Shown here: positions 34,183 to 46,042 of the stretch, one piece after another | How positions within the stretch are numbered: the stretch's first letter is position 1 | Layout: each line of letters opens with the position of its first letter | Assembly: GCA_946965045.2 (NCBI GenBank) | Contig: OX337241.1 | Coordinates: forward strand, 3,122,671-3,186,670 | Direction of reading: 5' to 3' | DNA from: Epithemia pelagica | Lineage: Eukaryota > Protista > Bacillariophyta | Length of the DNA stretch: 64,000 bases | Position numbers and translations under genes: made by a program | The notes under the pieces: model-generated | Databases searched by the model: none | Seen by the model: only the letters and a program-made list of their open reading frames with translations | Told to the model about the DNA's origin: nothing

Positions 34183-36370
34183 CCGTTTATTTCTCGAGTG
34201 GTTGACTTGTTTTCTACATTCGATTGCAATACTAGAACCTAGTATTAAGTGTTTACTCAAAAGTAGAAAGAACATGTTGCAAGAAAGAAGGTGCTTGTTT
34301 GTTATGGAAGGATCGATCCCACTTTTATATCTCTACAAGTGGTACTGCGCTTCGGCCATTACCTGTTTCCTGTCAGTTGTGGGACAGTGCCACCACCGTG
34401 GCTGTGTAGTCGTGAGACTTGAATCGGGTACTTTGTGGTGGCGTCATGGCACTCTACATAACACAGTGTGGTCCATGGAATGGTGGCTGTGGCACAACCA
34501 ATGAGAGGAGCAGGAACAGAAGCACACCAAGGCGAAACCTTGTTGGACCTGATGTTGTCCGCTTCGAATGGTTCTTCCTCGAAAGATGACAATGGGTCGA
34601 CTTTGGATGGAAGTAAGGAGGGAGGACCATCTCATATCCAATTCCGACATTTTGGTCAAGAGCAGGTTGTCCCTTTCGGAGGAGTCACCGCTCCAATCGC
34701 AATGCCTTCTTCTAGTTGCTGTTGCATGTGAATCGCAATACGTTGCTGCACTTGTCATGTGATGTCAAGCCGGAATGGCCCAATGAAGATGACGAGTCCA
34801 AGAGGAACCCACCAAATCAGATCGAGGGTCGTCCCAATTGTCGCAATGGACCAGAACGAAAACAAGGAATCGAGTCTCGACGTTGCGACGAGACTGACAG
34901 GACACCTCCCCCCACCACTACTTTCTGTCGCAGCATTGCTCGTTCAATTGCTCATGCCTGGAAACATGCCGCTCCCCATCGCGATGTCTTGCCCCTCAAT
35001 GCCAGTTCCCCGGAAACCTTGTTGCACGATTACGACAACACTGTCGAACAGCAGTGTTGGACCTTGACCACTACATCCTTTGTGCATCGTACCGAACTCA
35101 GCAGCAGCAGCACCAACAACACAACCACGACAACGAACGCCGCCGATCATGTCTTGGCCATTATGGAAGCCTTGTCACCCACACCGTATGAATGGATGTT
35201 CGAACACGAGTCGCCCGAAGCGGTTGTGTGGTCGAATGATTTTGCTCGTCGGTGTCGAAATGGCGAAATTCGTGTGTCTGCTTCTTGTTTGTCGTGGAAT
35301 CGCCCGACCGTCTGGCTCGCTTATCACGCTGATTGGGTGGAGTGTGGGTCGCTTCGACATTTGGTGCAATCACCACAACGCTGTCCCTGGTGTGCACCAG
35401 ACACCAACACGCTCTGTATCAACCACTCATGTGTGTGGCTTCTGTGGTCATCCCAGCGAATCAAATATACCTGGACAGGAACTGAAGGAAACTCTCATGC
35501 CGTTGTGTACAACCAGCATGTGTCCGCACAGGAAGGGGGCGTCGGGATTTGCCGGGGATCCGACCAAGTCGACCGCAATCACACGACAATTCCCAAATCT
35601 TGATTTCCGTCCTCATCCACTCGCACTGGAATAGTTGCTTGTGTCAAGCAAGCAGGGAAACAGATGGATCCAAGCGACGACTCATCTGGTCCACTTTTCC
35701 TGTTGATGGAAATCTTGTTGGTTGATCAGCGCATGTTGTGGATTTTGTTGCTGTCGATTTGGGAATGGAAACAAAAGCAGCAGAGTGTCAGGAATGGTTG
35801 ATGCCTTTCCACTTTTCTCATCCTCCTCTTAGAAGAACGGCCATTGTTTCCGTTGAAAATTGTAGTGGGTCGCTGGATTCTCGTCTATCGTAGTCTGCAG
35901 GGAGGAGCGACGGCTCCAGAACATGGCCATTATTTGTGTTTGTGGTGTCATTGGTCGGAATGACTCCCCATCGAAAGCTATCGTATCTTTGCCGCGATTT
36001 GCATTCTGATTTCTTGCAGAGATTTGAACTGGATCGCGCGGGATTTTAGAGAAGCTCTGCTAGCCGTACTACCTTGTAGCTATGAGGTGTGATTTTCGGA
36101 GGGCAAAAGTAACGCTATAATCTATGGCACATTTAGTATGACAAAACCTGTGGTTGTTGTCCATCTAAAAGTTTGTACCATCCAAGAGAGCTGGTTACAT
36201 GGCATACTTTGTACGCACCTTGGAATGTGGTTGTTTGTATTCGGACTTGGTTTGTAACAAGCAAAAGCTATGCTGTTCCATCCATCAGGACGCGACATAC
36301 ACCTCTTGTTTTGGAACCTGACTCCTCGTTGTCATAGCGACGGTCATGATATTGCATGCGTACCAAATGG

Positions 36371-39300
36371 TCAGTCATTCTTGGAAGGTTTGCGTCGTTT
36401 CCTTTGCCTAGGCAAAGGACCAGGCAAAGGATCCTGGTGCGAGGTATAATCTTCGTTGGACCGGCGCTCTCGTGTAGTTGAGAGAGCGTGTTCCTGATGG
36501 ATTTTGAAACAAGAGATCACCTCTTTTGCGACCTCTGCCATGTTACCAACCAACTGTTTGTATCTGGAATCTGTTGCGTTCAAGTCCGCATAGGAACAAC
36601 AACCAGGCAACCGCTTAGGTCCAGTTCAAGAAGTCACACATGAATTTTTCCTACCGGTGTTGTCGGGAAACACTTACCATAGACATTTTCGCCACCAATG
36701 GTACACCTATGTATGGACGGTAGTTTAGTTGGAAACAAACCAATGAAATCATTGATCCATTCGCTCGCATCCCGAGTACAAATTGCCGGTGTTGACGCAC
36801 TCGCTGTAGAGCGACAGGGCGGAAGAACCCATTGGCATCCTGGGAAGGCGTCCACTACCACTGGACTGAGAATCGAATGTGGGCAAGCCATTTCATTCCG
36901 AGCTAATGCACAGAGAAGTTCAGCAATCGGCCATTTCTTTTGAACATAATGTGCAGTCGTCACGCACACAACCACTCCTGCTGTTAATACATGCGTCAAC
37001 ATGGTCACTTCCGGATCTGGCTGTTTTCCGGGCTTCATGGTTTTCTCTGCCACAAAGATATTGAGTGTGTTACCCCCACCAGCCGCGTTTTGCAACTCAC
37101 GCTCCAACCTGGTTACATAGTCAAACTCACGTTCTTTCCGAACTTCCCCAGCAAAAGAAATGAAAATGTCGTGTTCCGGTTTCTGGTTTTCAGAAGGTAG
37201 CTTGTCAAGCATCATCTTTGCCACCTCAATTCCAAATCTCAAAATTTCTTGAAGCTTCTCTTTCTGGTGATCAGACAAGTTTGTCAGCGCCGCTGCCCCA
37301 GACATCTCAAGTCGTATCCCATTGATTCTTCCAACTACGTCAGACACCTTCAATAGATGTGTGCCAAGCTCATCAAAGTTCCATGACTGCATCGAATCTA
37401 ACTGGGTAATTTGAGTAAGCCCGAGGAGAATGGCCAACTCGAGAGACATATCCAAACACTCAACGTGATTACTGATCCCGGCAATAACCCGACCAAGTAG
37501 GTTGACATTCTCTCCCAATAACGAATCACTCTTGGTCTTGGTAATGAGTCGAGGACCGGCTGTTAACAACGGAACGTCGAGTCGATGAATAAAGCAAGAA
37601 GGAGCGTTGGCTTGATTCATGCCGACATGAATGGTATGCCATGGACGACGATGAATGGAAAGAAACAAGCTCCGAAATGCTTCGTCGTCGATGGCCAGGT
37701 TGGAGATCCAGAACCAGGACCATGTGGTGTTACGTAACAATGCGATTTGCAGTAACTCAGCTCCCATTTCGCCAATCTCAGTATGGGATACATTCATGCA
37801 ACGCCAATCACGATTGCTCTTCATACCCTGAACCAGCGCCTTGATCCCAGTGTCATCAAGAGCCGTATGAGATAGATCAAAAATTTGCCATTGATGACTG
37901 TTTCGAAACAGGTCCGCAATGGCATTGGCTCCCTCATCCCCAATGTCCAGATGACTCAACGACAAACAAACCCAATGGACATTGCCTTGTGGTCTAGATG
38001 CCAGAGCGGCTGATGAAATAGAAGCACTGTTGCTGTCAATGATCTCTGACGTTGCACCATCACCTTGGATGGACTGGATCAGTCCAAGGGCTGCTGGAAA
38101 GGTCAACCGTGGCGTGTGGTGGAATGAAATGGTTCGAGGAATGGTAAACGATCGACCAACCCGGAGTGCCCCGTTCGAAGGCAACATGCGTAAATCCATG
38201 GATTGCCAGCATTGTCCCAAATACTCTGCCATTTCCAGGGCATCGGTTGCTTTGACGTGATTGGTAAGGAATAAATTCGTAATGGTTTCTACCTTCACTC
38301 CAATTTCGTGTGGATGGTCCTGAAGCAGAAATGGTAGGTGCTCCATGGGGTTGGTGTAGCCATTCGTGATCGGAAACCAAAGTACCAGAGACTTCCAATT
38401 CTTCTCCAATCGTTGGAGGATGCCCGGAACAACCTTGAGCCACGGCTCAAGTTCACTATCCCTTAGATGTAAAACAAACCGTTTCCAGCTTGGTGACGTT
38501 CTTAACAGATTCGCCAACATTTCCACCCCTGGGTCTGGAGTGTCATCCGGGATAAACAACATAAAATATTCCCAATACTTTTGTTCACGGAGACCCTCGG
38601 TTACTATCTCGACATGTTTTGTGTTTATGATATCCAGATCAAACACTCGCCAGACTGTGTTGCATTGCAGTGATTTGGACACGGATATCAGTCCACCATA
38701 GTTCTCTTGTAAAAACCGATAGCGAAATGCTTTCCAATATTTATTGCGACGCAAGGCATGTGACAATGCTTCCAAGGCATGTGACAATGCTTCCAATTCA
38801 TAGTCGTCGATGCGAGACCAATTATCACAGCCAAGTTGGAATGATTTCCATGTTTTGTTGACACTCAAGGCTTCGCACAGGGCTTTGGCTCCATCCGCAG
38901 AAGAAAACCGTACGTCCTTGAGCTCGAGGGTGGTCCATTGGGTATTTTGCTGCAGTGCTTCTGCCAATGCTTCAACTCCGTCATCTCCAAGGTTTGTACG
39001 AAGAAGCACCAACTCCTGCCATATATGATTGTTGCTCAAAGCGCTGGTCAGTGCCTCCAATGTCACATATCCAAAATTGCATCGCTGAATCCACAAGTTC
39101 TTCCAGGACGGATTTGTATTGAGGGCATTTGCCAACCCAACCGCCGTTTCGTCGTCCAGGGCTTTTAGGCCAGGCAGCCATAGATGTCGATCTGGTGTGG
39201 TGGTTTTGACATATGCACGAGCAAGCGCTTTAATGCCCACGTCACCGATATTAGTAGAGGAGAGCACCAGAGAGGGCCAATTCACATTAGCACGTCTTTC

Positions 39301-39813
39301 GTCCCAGACGTCTCTATCGATATCCAAAAGAGCTTGCACTCCTCGACCTGTCACTTGTGTATTGGTCAATATTGGCAACGATCGTTTTCCCAAGTTTTCC
39401 ACCATTTGTCGTTTCATTTTGGGGCTGATCCGTGTGCCTCTCAACTCCCACGGATTGCATTCGTTCATTTTGGTGCCTTCCTTTCGTCGTTCGCCTTTGC
39501 AAGCTGCCCGGGCAAGCGCTTGTATGCCTTTATCTCCAATTTTCCTATCCACAACATTCAGCTCGGCCCAAAACGAGATAGTCTCTCTTCTTCTAAAATA
39601 TGCCCAATCAATTTGGTCGTCCAAATCTAGAATGGCTTGTGCAGTGCGGTCGGTGGCTTTGGTGTTGGTCAAGATTGGCAACTTTCGTTCCCCAAAGTGC
39701 TCCACCATTTGTTGCTTCATTTCGGGGCTGATTTTGGTGCCTTGCAATTGCCACGGATTGGACGAGGCTGATTTGTGGAAGATGACCTCAATCATCGCTT
39801 CCCAAAGAGACAT
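36371..39813 (-). CDS. LRR (ribonuclease-inhibitor-like) - helical region - C-terminal TIR domain protein; join(39813..36678, 36570..36371), about 1111 aa
   Basis: RI-type LRRs (LVLLRTNLGDDGVEALAEAL; LSLSHLDIGDEGANAIADLF; FDLSHTALDDTGIKAL). TIR motifs HDIFISFAG, IFVAEKTMKPG, VVCVTTAHYVQKKWPIAEL. A 107-nt GTAAGT...CAACAG intron (36677-36571) joins in phase to the ORF at 36371-36610. Confidence 0.85.
38752..38796. repeat. 21-bp in-frame tandem duplication inside the LRR-TIR gene
   Basis: CAAGGCATGTGACAATGCTTC occurs twice, giving LEALSHA-LEALSHA. Confidence 0.85.
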
Positions 39814-41217
39814 GTTGGTGAAATTAATTGAGAAGAGGTCAAGTCGTTGCCGTTGTCGTTTTAATGGGTAGATGATCCATCATTTCACAAAAACGATCTT
39901 TTGTGTTTGTGCTGCCATTCCACCTCGGCGGAGATCATGTGAGTGCATACAATCTTTTCTATTCGGATGAGTATGCGAAGCGCGAGGAATTCTTGATGGG
40001 TCGCAAGTCGCAACAAAAGTCGCAACCTCGTGTAATGGGGCTCGGATTCTCAGAAATCCAGTGTCACTTCTGTGTCGTCATCCACAGTATCGTATATAGT
40101 GATCCTTGCATGTGACACAATACGCGACAGAAAAGAAGAGCAAAGAGCAGAACAAGAAAAATCTGTGATTTGTTCGACGGCTCGCCGCCATGGTCGACGA
40201 GCGACGAGACAATGCACCAAGCCATGTCAGATGTCAGCCGCATACTATATATGGCCTTGGCCCTTTGTATTGCTGGTCTTCTTCGCGAGAGGCACCACGA
40301 CACAGAGATGGGCCAGTGCCACAACAACGTCACATGCTCAGCAGTGCTAGGAGGACGGAACAAGACCACAGTGTCAACAACAGCTCGGTCGACAAAGCAG
40401 TATCAACAACAACCGGTCGAGTCATCACCATGGACGCACGAACTAAGACTGATACGTGTACTGTACTGTCCAATCATTCAAAGACGACTCGCAACACTAC
40501 CAGTGTCTCCATCCACAGGCTTCTCCGTCGACTTGGCATTCGTTGATGGGAACCAACAACCAGACGGACTGTTGAGCCTTCATTGCATCGTTGTATATTC
40601 CAAGGCATTGTGATTGTGATGAATGAAAATGCCACACAAATCACGCCCATTGCAAGTGCCATCAGCAACAAATGACGCCAGCTCCTCATCCACAAGACTC
40701 CCTCTGCAAGCTTGCTCCTACGGCTAGAGAGCCTCTCGATTGTCGGTCCAAGACCCCACATTGCCCTTGCGCAATCATTGTTTGTGATGAAACTCTCTCG
40801 AACGACCAAGTAGTCCCTATACAGTTTGTCTTCAGATCAACAATGATGGAATCTCGTGTTTCGTGTAAACAAAATCACCATCCCATTCGTCGCTAGTTTG
40901 TGGTCATCAAAGGCGCAAGTCGTAGGCACTCCAGACAAAAAAGATCCTCAAGTCACGAGCTTGCAAGGAGCCACACATACCCGTGGTTGTCGGTCTCACC
41001 AGAAAGTTTATTTCGGTGGTCTTCTTCATTGCGTGGCTACTGTCGCGATTTGTCACGTGCCGAAAGCGCCCCATCGTTTGTCCATCATTTTCATCAAGTT
41101 AGTCGTGCTTCCAGTCCGCGCCCATCAGCATCCCGCGATGAGCAAACGCACGAACCCTTGCAATAATACAGTGTTGCATCGATCCTCATAAATTCTGCAG
41201 TCGAAACACTTGGAATC

Positions 41218-42456
41218 ATGACCATGACACTGAAAGAACAAGCATGGCAATCAGGCCTTGTCCTACCCCACGAGACAGCGCAATGGAATGAAACCGATTG
41301 GCCTCCTCTTGAGGGTGGATGGCGTTATCGTCATGCCACGGTTGTACTTGATCATCCCCATACGGACAACGGCATCAACAACAAGAGACAAACGGTCGTA
41401 GTGTTGGGTGGATACCAAACACGTCAAGGCGAGCTTGAATCCATTCTTCTATTGAACTTAGCTGACCCAAACAAGCAGTGGCGAGAAGGACCACCCATGA
41501 ACAAGAAACGTGATGCACATGCCGCTGTAACGTGCAGTGGCGGCGTATACGTAATGGGAGGAGACACTGGAGCACCTTTGGATTGTATCGAACAAATTGA
41601 TGCCAATTATTTGCTGGAATCATCTTTGACAACCAGCATCACACACGAGATGAACTGGACGACATTGACATGTCGGTTATCAACGCCACGATGGGGATGT
41701 GGTGCTGTCGCGGTTCACAACCGATACATCGTTGTAATGGGTGGCTACAATAATCGTTATTTGTCGTCGGTGGATATTATTGATACCAGGAACCACACTG
41801 TCACTGCAGGACCAAGCATGAACATTCCTCGACAATTTTGTTCCAGTGCGGTCATTGGACACCGCATCTATGTCCTTGGAGGCGAAGAAGAGCATGACCA
41901 TAATCTTGACTCGGTGGAGTATTTGGACAATGCAACACCCCGTGACAATCATGAGACAAAGGAGCAGACTGGCTCGACATTCATTTCTTTCTCGTCCAGT
42001 TGGATCACTACTTCTGATTTGGTGCCTTCCAATGCACGAATTTCTTGTGCAATGGTTGCCGTGGGATCTTGTCTGGTGGTGGCGGGAGGATGGAGCAATT
42101 TAACCGTGGAAGTCTTGGATACGCACCGCAACCGCGTGTGGAATCTCCCGCCATTCACTAATAACCGCCATGGTTGCACTATGGTGACTGTTGCCAATCA
42201 TGTTGCCGTGATTGGTGGATGGGACAATCCTACCTGTGCGACATTACCACTTCTGGATAGAATTTCGTGGTGTTTTCGTCGACTCTGTAAGCAGCCTCGG
42301 AACGAATGGTATTATTGTCTAGAAAGATCGGGTAACGGAGATGTCAATGTAACATCCAGGACCATTTCGACATCCGCTCTTAAACGATTGAGGACCAATA
42401 GGATGGCACTTGAAATGTGCAACAAGTTGAACGGCCATGAGCTTGGCACGATATAA
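41218..42456 (+). CDS. Kelch-repeat protein K9
   Basis: MTMTLKEQAWQS start; six kelch motifs; tail shared with K1 (ERSGNGDVNVTSRTISTS.LKRLRTN). Confidence 0.92.
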   Translation: MTMTLKEQAWQSGLVLPHETAQWNETDWPPLEGGWRYRHATVVLDHPHTDNGINNKRQTVVVLGGYQTRQGELESILLLNLADPNKQWREGPPMNKKRDAHAAVTCSGGVYVMGGDTGAPLDCIEQIDANYLLESSLTTSITHEMNWTTLTCRLSTPRWGCGAVAVHNRYIVVMGGYNNRYLSSVDIIDTRNHTVTAGPSMNIPRQFCSSAVIGHRIYVLGGEEEHDHNLDSVEYLDNATPRDNHETKEQTGSTFISFSSSWITTSDLVPSNARISCAMVAVGSCLVVAGGWSNLTVEVLDTHRNRVWNLPPFTNNRHGCTMVTVANHVAVIGGWDNPTCATLPLLDRISWCFRRLCKQPRNEWYYCLERSGNGDVNVTSRTISTSALKRLRTNRMALEMCNKLNGHELGTI

Positions 42457-43148
42457 TGGTCATTATACTCTCGTACAAAACAGGAGATCGTGTCCATCCT
42501 AAGTTACGTTGTGAATCATAAAAGTTAATGAAAAGCTCTAAATCACTATAACCATACACGAGTGGCTTGCTCTGTCGAAAAAGACATTACTCTAGACTGC
42601 TTTCAAAGAGCAACTCCTAGTATGGTTTGAAGGCACTCACCTTGTATAGAAGATGACCGCACATGAATTTCCTTCTGAAGTCATGGCGTTTGTGGCAGTC
42701 GGATCCATGCACCACCATGGTCAGTTATCCGTGTCGTAGATAATGAGATGTTACAGCGTCCGCCATGGCACTGCTGTCCTCTGCAAACCTGTGGATATCT
42801 GGCAACCACTCTTGGGTGGATGGCCATGGTTCCGTTCCCTCTCTGTACTGTTGAAAACTTTCTGGTCTTGATCAGAATGAATCTTCTTTCAATGGAAGAT
42901 CACGGTCTTTCGTGGTCTCGTTTCATCTTTTAGGCAAAGAAGGAGCGGCCTGAAGTGTGTCTCTTCAAGTGATGGCACATAAGGAACGAGAGTGTCGCTG
43001 GGACCATGACCTGATAGTTGTGGGACAGTCGCTGGGGCCATGGATTCGTAGCAATGGCTGGATCCGACAGCAGCCAACACAGTTTGTCTTCGTTTTGTTT
43101 TCGTTGCGATGGCAGCAGTGCAAAGTATACTTCCCCTGTTGTAGGCAG

Positions 43149-43263
43149 GACAGGTTTATCGTGGGTCGTCGTCGATTCCTCTTCCTTGGTGTCAATGTCT
43201 CGTTGTGAAGGAACCACCTGTTGCAGGCAAGACAGGTTTATCGTGGGTCGTCGTCGATTCCTC
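43149..43263. repeat. 33-bp direct repeat, period 82
   Basis: GACAGGTTTATCGTGGGTCGTCGTCGATTCCTC occurs at 43149 and 43231; the paralog near 4230 has one related copy. Confidence 0.75.
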
Positions 43264-44812
43264 ATTCATGGTGTCACTGTCGTTGTGGAGCAACCAATCC
43301 GTCGACGCGGTACAAATATTGGTGGTGCTACGATTCCCAAGACTATGCTTCTGGTGGACCTTGTTCCGACAAGGCAACTGTGTTTTGGAAGTCGTCATTT
43401 GATGGTGATGCATCGATCGACCTGTTGTGCAAGAGACGATTGTTCTTGTTGTTGGTGTTTGGCTGCTGTTGGTGGATCAGGGATTGTAATTTTTCACTTC
43501 TTGTCGTCATCCTTGATGAAAGAGATAGACGATTCGTATAGTTGGTGTTGTTTGGATGGATCAAGGCGATTCTTGTTGTCACTGTTGTCCACTTCTGATG
43601 GTTCTTCGTGGTGGAAATCGAGCATGGATGGTTTCTGCTTCTATACTTTGGTTTTGTTATTGGTTACACCACTCCACCACGACAATCTTTGTACCTCGAG
43701 CTAATCGGCAGAATCAGCAAGAAGCGACAACAAGCACAAGAGGGGCTATATAACAAACTCCCCGAACAAAACCTTGCCACGAGCAGGACAGGAATGTTGA
43801 TTGATTGTCAAGTCTGGCTTCTCTTATTTTTCGTGAAATCCTCATCAAGTTTGGCTCTATTTTGGCTGTAGGTCCTTTTGCCGGAACCTCTGACACATAA
43901 AACTCTTGTACGTTCTCGACCCCAGGTGGATCCAAACGACGACTCCGCTGGTCTACCTTTTGTTCCTTGAACTCTTGTGGTTTTCAATCGAGACGACAAG
44001 TTCACCCATTGGCAAATGTAGCACCGGTCCTGACTCCCACCGTCGCGAACGGAGGCCATTGAGCCAGTGCGATATGCGGCCGTCTGCACAATCATTGAAC
44101 CGCATGCGCGAGCATTGCTGACAACCAGCGCAGACGGCACGAGACGGATTTGGCTCTCCCAAAAAGACCATGATTGATGGAGTCGGTATCAATACTGACA
44201 TAGGAGACCAACCTTTGCGGTCCAACCACATCCACGTGACATTCTCGAAAGCGATCCAAAGAAGACGACTGCAGGCGTCTGCTGCTAATGCAACACGAGA
44301 AGCAAGTCAGAATGGGATGAATGACATCATTTTCCTTCTGGTCCATCATGTCGTCGGATTCTCGTCTCTGTGTGATTATACTTGTGGCCTTGCTTCTTTC
44401 ACTATACCCGATGAGTGATGCCCATTCGAATCATTGGATCAAGAAGGCAAGAAGACCACTCTCTTGCAACATCTCTCTGTTGAAGTTGTTGTCGTTGTGA
44501 ACAGACTGTATAGGACCAAGGGAAGAATTGTGTGGAAATTAGGGATTGTCAATCTGTGGACCTATTCATCATACAAAAGGACCTCTTCATCACAAATGCT
44601 GTCACTCTCTCCCTTTCGTCGTCGACCAAAAGATACTTTTTGGGGCTTGTCATGAAATCTATGTGCGATTGATTTCTCTTCACCATCGTACGCAGGACAG
44701 GCACACCTTACATCTCCACGAAAAAAAAGCAAAGCGCTTCCACGCGTTGCTCTCAAAAATACTTTCTCTCGTGCTGCCATTTCTTGTCAACGTATTAGTA
44801 AAGCGCTGTACC

Positions 44813-46042
44813 ATGACAACGTTACTGAAAGAACAAGCATGGCAGTCGGGCCTTGTCTTATCGGACGAGACAGCAGAGTGGAATCAAAATGACTGGCCTC
44901 CACTTGTGGGTGGATGGCGTGCAGGTCATACTTCGGTCGTACTTGATCACCCCGATACGGACGGCAACGACAACAACAACAACAACAAGAGACAAACCGT
45001 CGTCGTGTTGGGTGGATACCAGACAGTTCAAGGCGCGCTCGATTCCATTCTTGTATTAAACTTGGCAGAATCAACCAAGCAGTGGCGAGAAGGGCCACGC
45101 ATGAACCAGAAACGTTCTGGACATGCCACTGTTGTGTGCAACGGTGGCGTCTACGTCATGGGAGGCTACAATGGAAGCTCAGTATTTGATTGTATCGAAC
45201 GAATTGACGAAAATGATTTGCTGCTATCACCTTTAACAACAAACATCATCACAAATGCGAGTAATTGGACGACATTGACATGTCGGTTATCATCTGGACG
45301 ACATGGGTGTTGTGCTGTCGCGGTTCACAACCGATACATCGTTGTAATGGGTGGATACAGCGATCGTTATTTGTCGTCGGTGGATATTATAGATACAAAC
45401 AGCCACACTGTCATTGCCGGACCAAGCATGATTGTTCCACGACAATGGTTTGCCAGTGCGGTCATTGGTCACCGCATCTTTGTCGTTGGAGGTCATAACG
45501 ATAATGGCCATCTTGACTCGGTGGAGTATTTGGACAATGCAACACCCTGTGACAATGATGCGACAAAAAAGGAGATAGGCTCGACGTTCATATCTTTCTC
45601 GTCCGCTTGGATCACTCAGTCGGAGTTGAGGCTTTCCAATGCACAAAGTTCTTGTGCAATGGTTGCCGTTGGATCTTGTCTGGTGGTGGCTGGAGGATGG
45701 AGCAATTCAACGGTGGAAGTCTTGGATACGCACCACAACCGCGTGTGGAGTCTCCCACCATTCGGAAATGACTACAATGACTGCAGTACGGTGACTGTTG
45801 CCAATCAAGTTGCCGTGATAAGTGGCTGGGGAAGTCCTACCTGTGCGACATTACCACTACTGGACAAGCATACGTGGTGTTTTCAACGACTCTTTGACCA
45901 GCAGTTCAACATATGGTGTCTATTTCGGGAAGGAAGGAATATCCAACATGCTGATAACTCGCCTTTCCCCACCTGGACATCAGATCGTAAACGAGCAAGG
46001 CCCCACACGCACCGTGGTGATGAAGGGAAGGATGGAACTTGA
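44813..46042 (+). CDS. Kelch-repeat protein K10
   Basis: ATG 44813 (MTTLLKEQAWQS); six kelch motifs; DRKRARP tail. Confidence 0.92.
   Translation: MTTLLKEQAWQSGLVLSDETAEWNQNDWPPLVGGWRAGHTSVVLDHPDTDGNDNNNNNKRQTVVVLGGYQTVQGALDSILVLNLAESTKQWREGPRMNQKRSGHATVVCNGGVYVMGGYNGSSVFDCIERIDENDLLLSPLTTNIITNASNWTTLTCRLSSGRHGCCAVAVHNRYIVVMGGYSDRYLSSVDIIDTNSHTVIAGPSMIVPRQWFASAVIGHRIFVVGGHNDNGHLDSVEYLDNATPCDNDATKKEIGSTFISFSSAWITQSELRLSNAQSSCAMVAVGSCLVVAGGWSNSTVEVLDTHHNRVWSLPPFGNDYNDCSTVTVANQVAVISGWGSPTCATLPLLDKHTWCFQRLFDQQFNIWCLFREGRNIQHADNSPFPTWTSDRKRARPHTHRGDEGKDGT

Noticed and set aside
34716-35603. 295-aa ORF as a real gene
   Set aside because: It is built from spacer modules that are frameshifted or truncated in paralogs (about 700, 26470, 46860), and no domain is recognised. 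It may be a decayed gene but cannot be supported.
2516-46042. Diversity-generating retroelement (adenine-specific) origin of kelch variation
   Set aside because: No template/variable repeat pair and no DGR-type RT. Third-position adenines in variable codons (GGA, CGA, ACA, GAA, GCA) are invariant. The RTs present belong to Copia and LINE elements.
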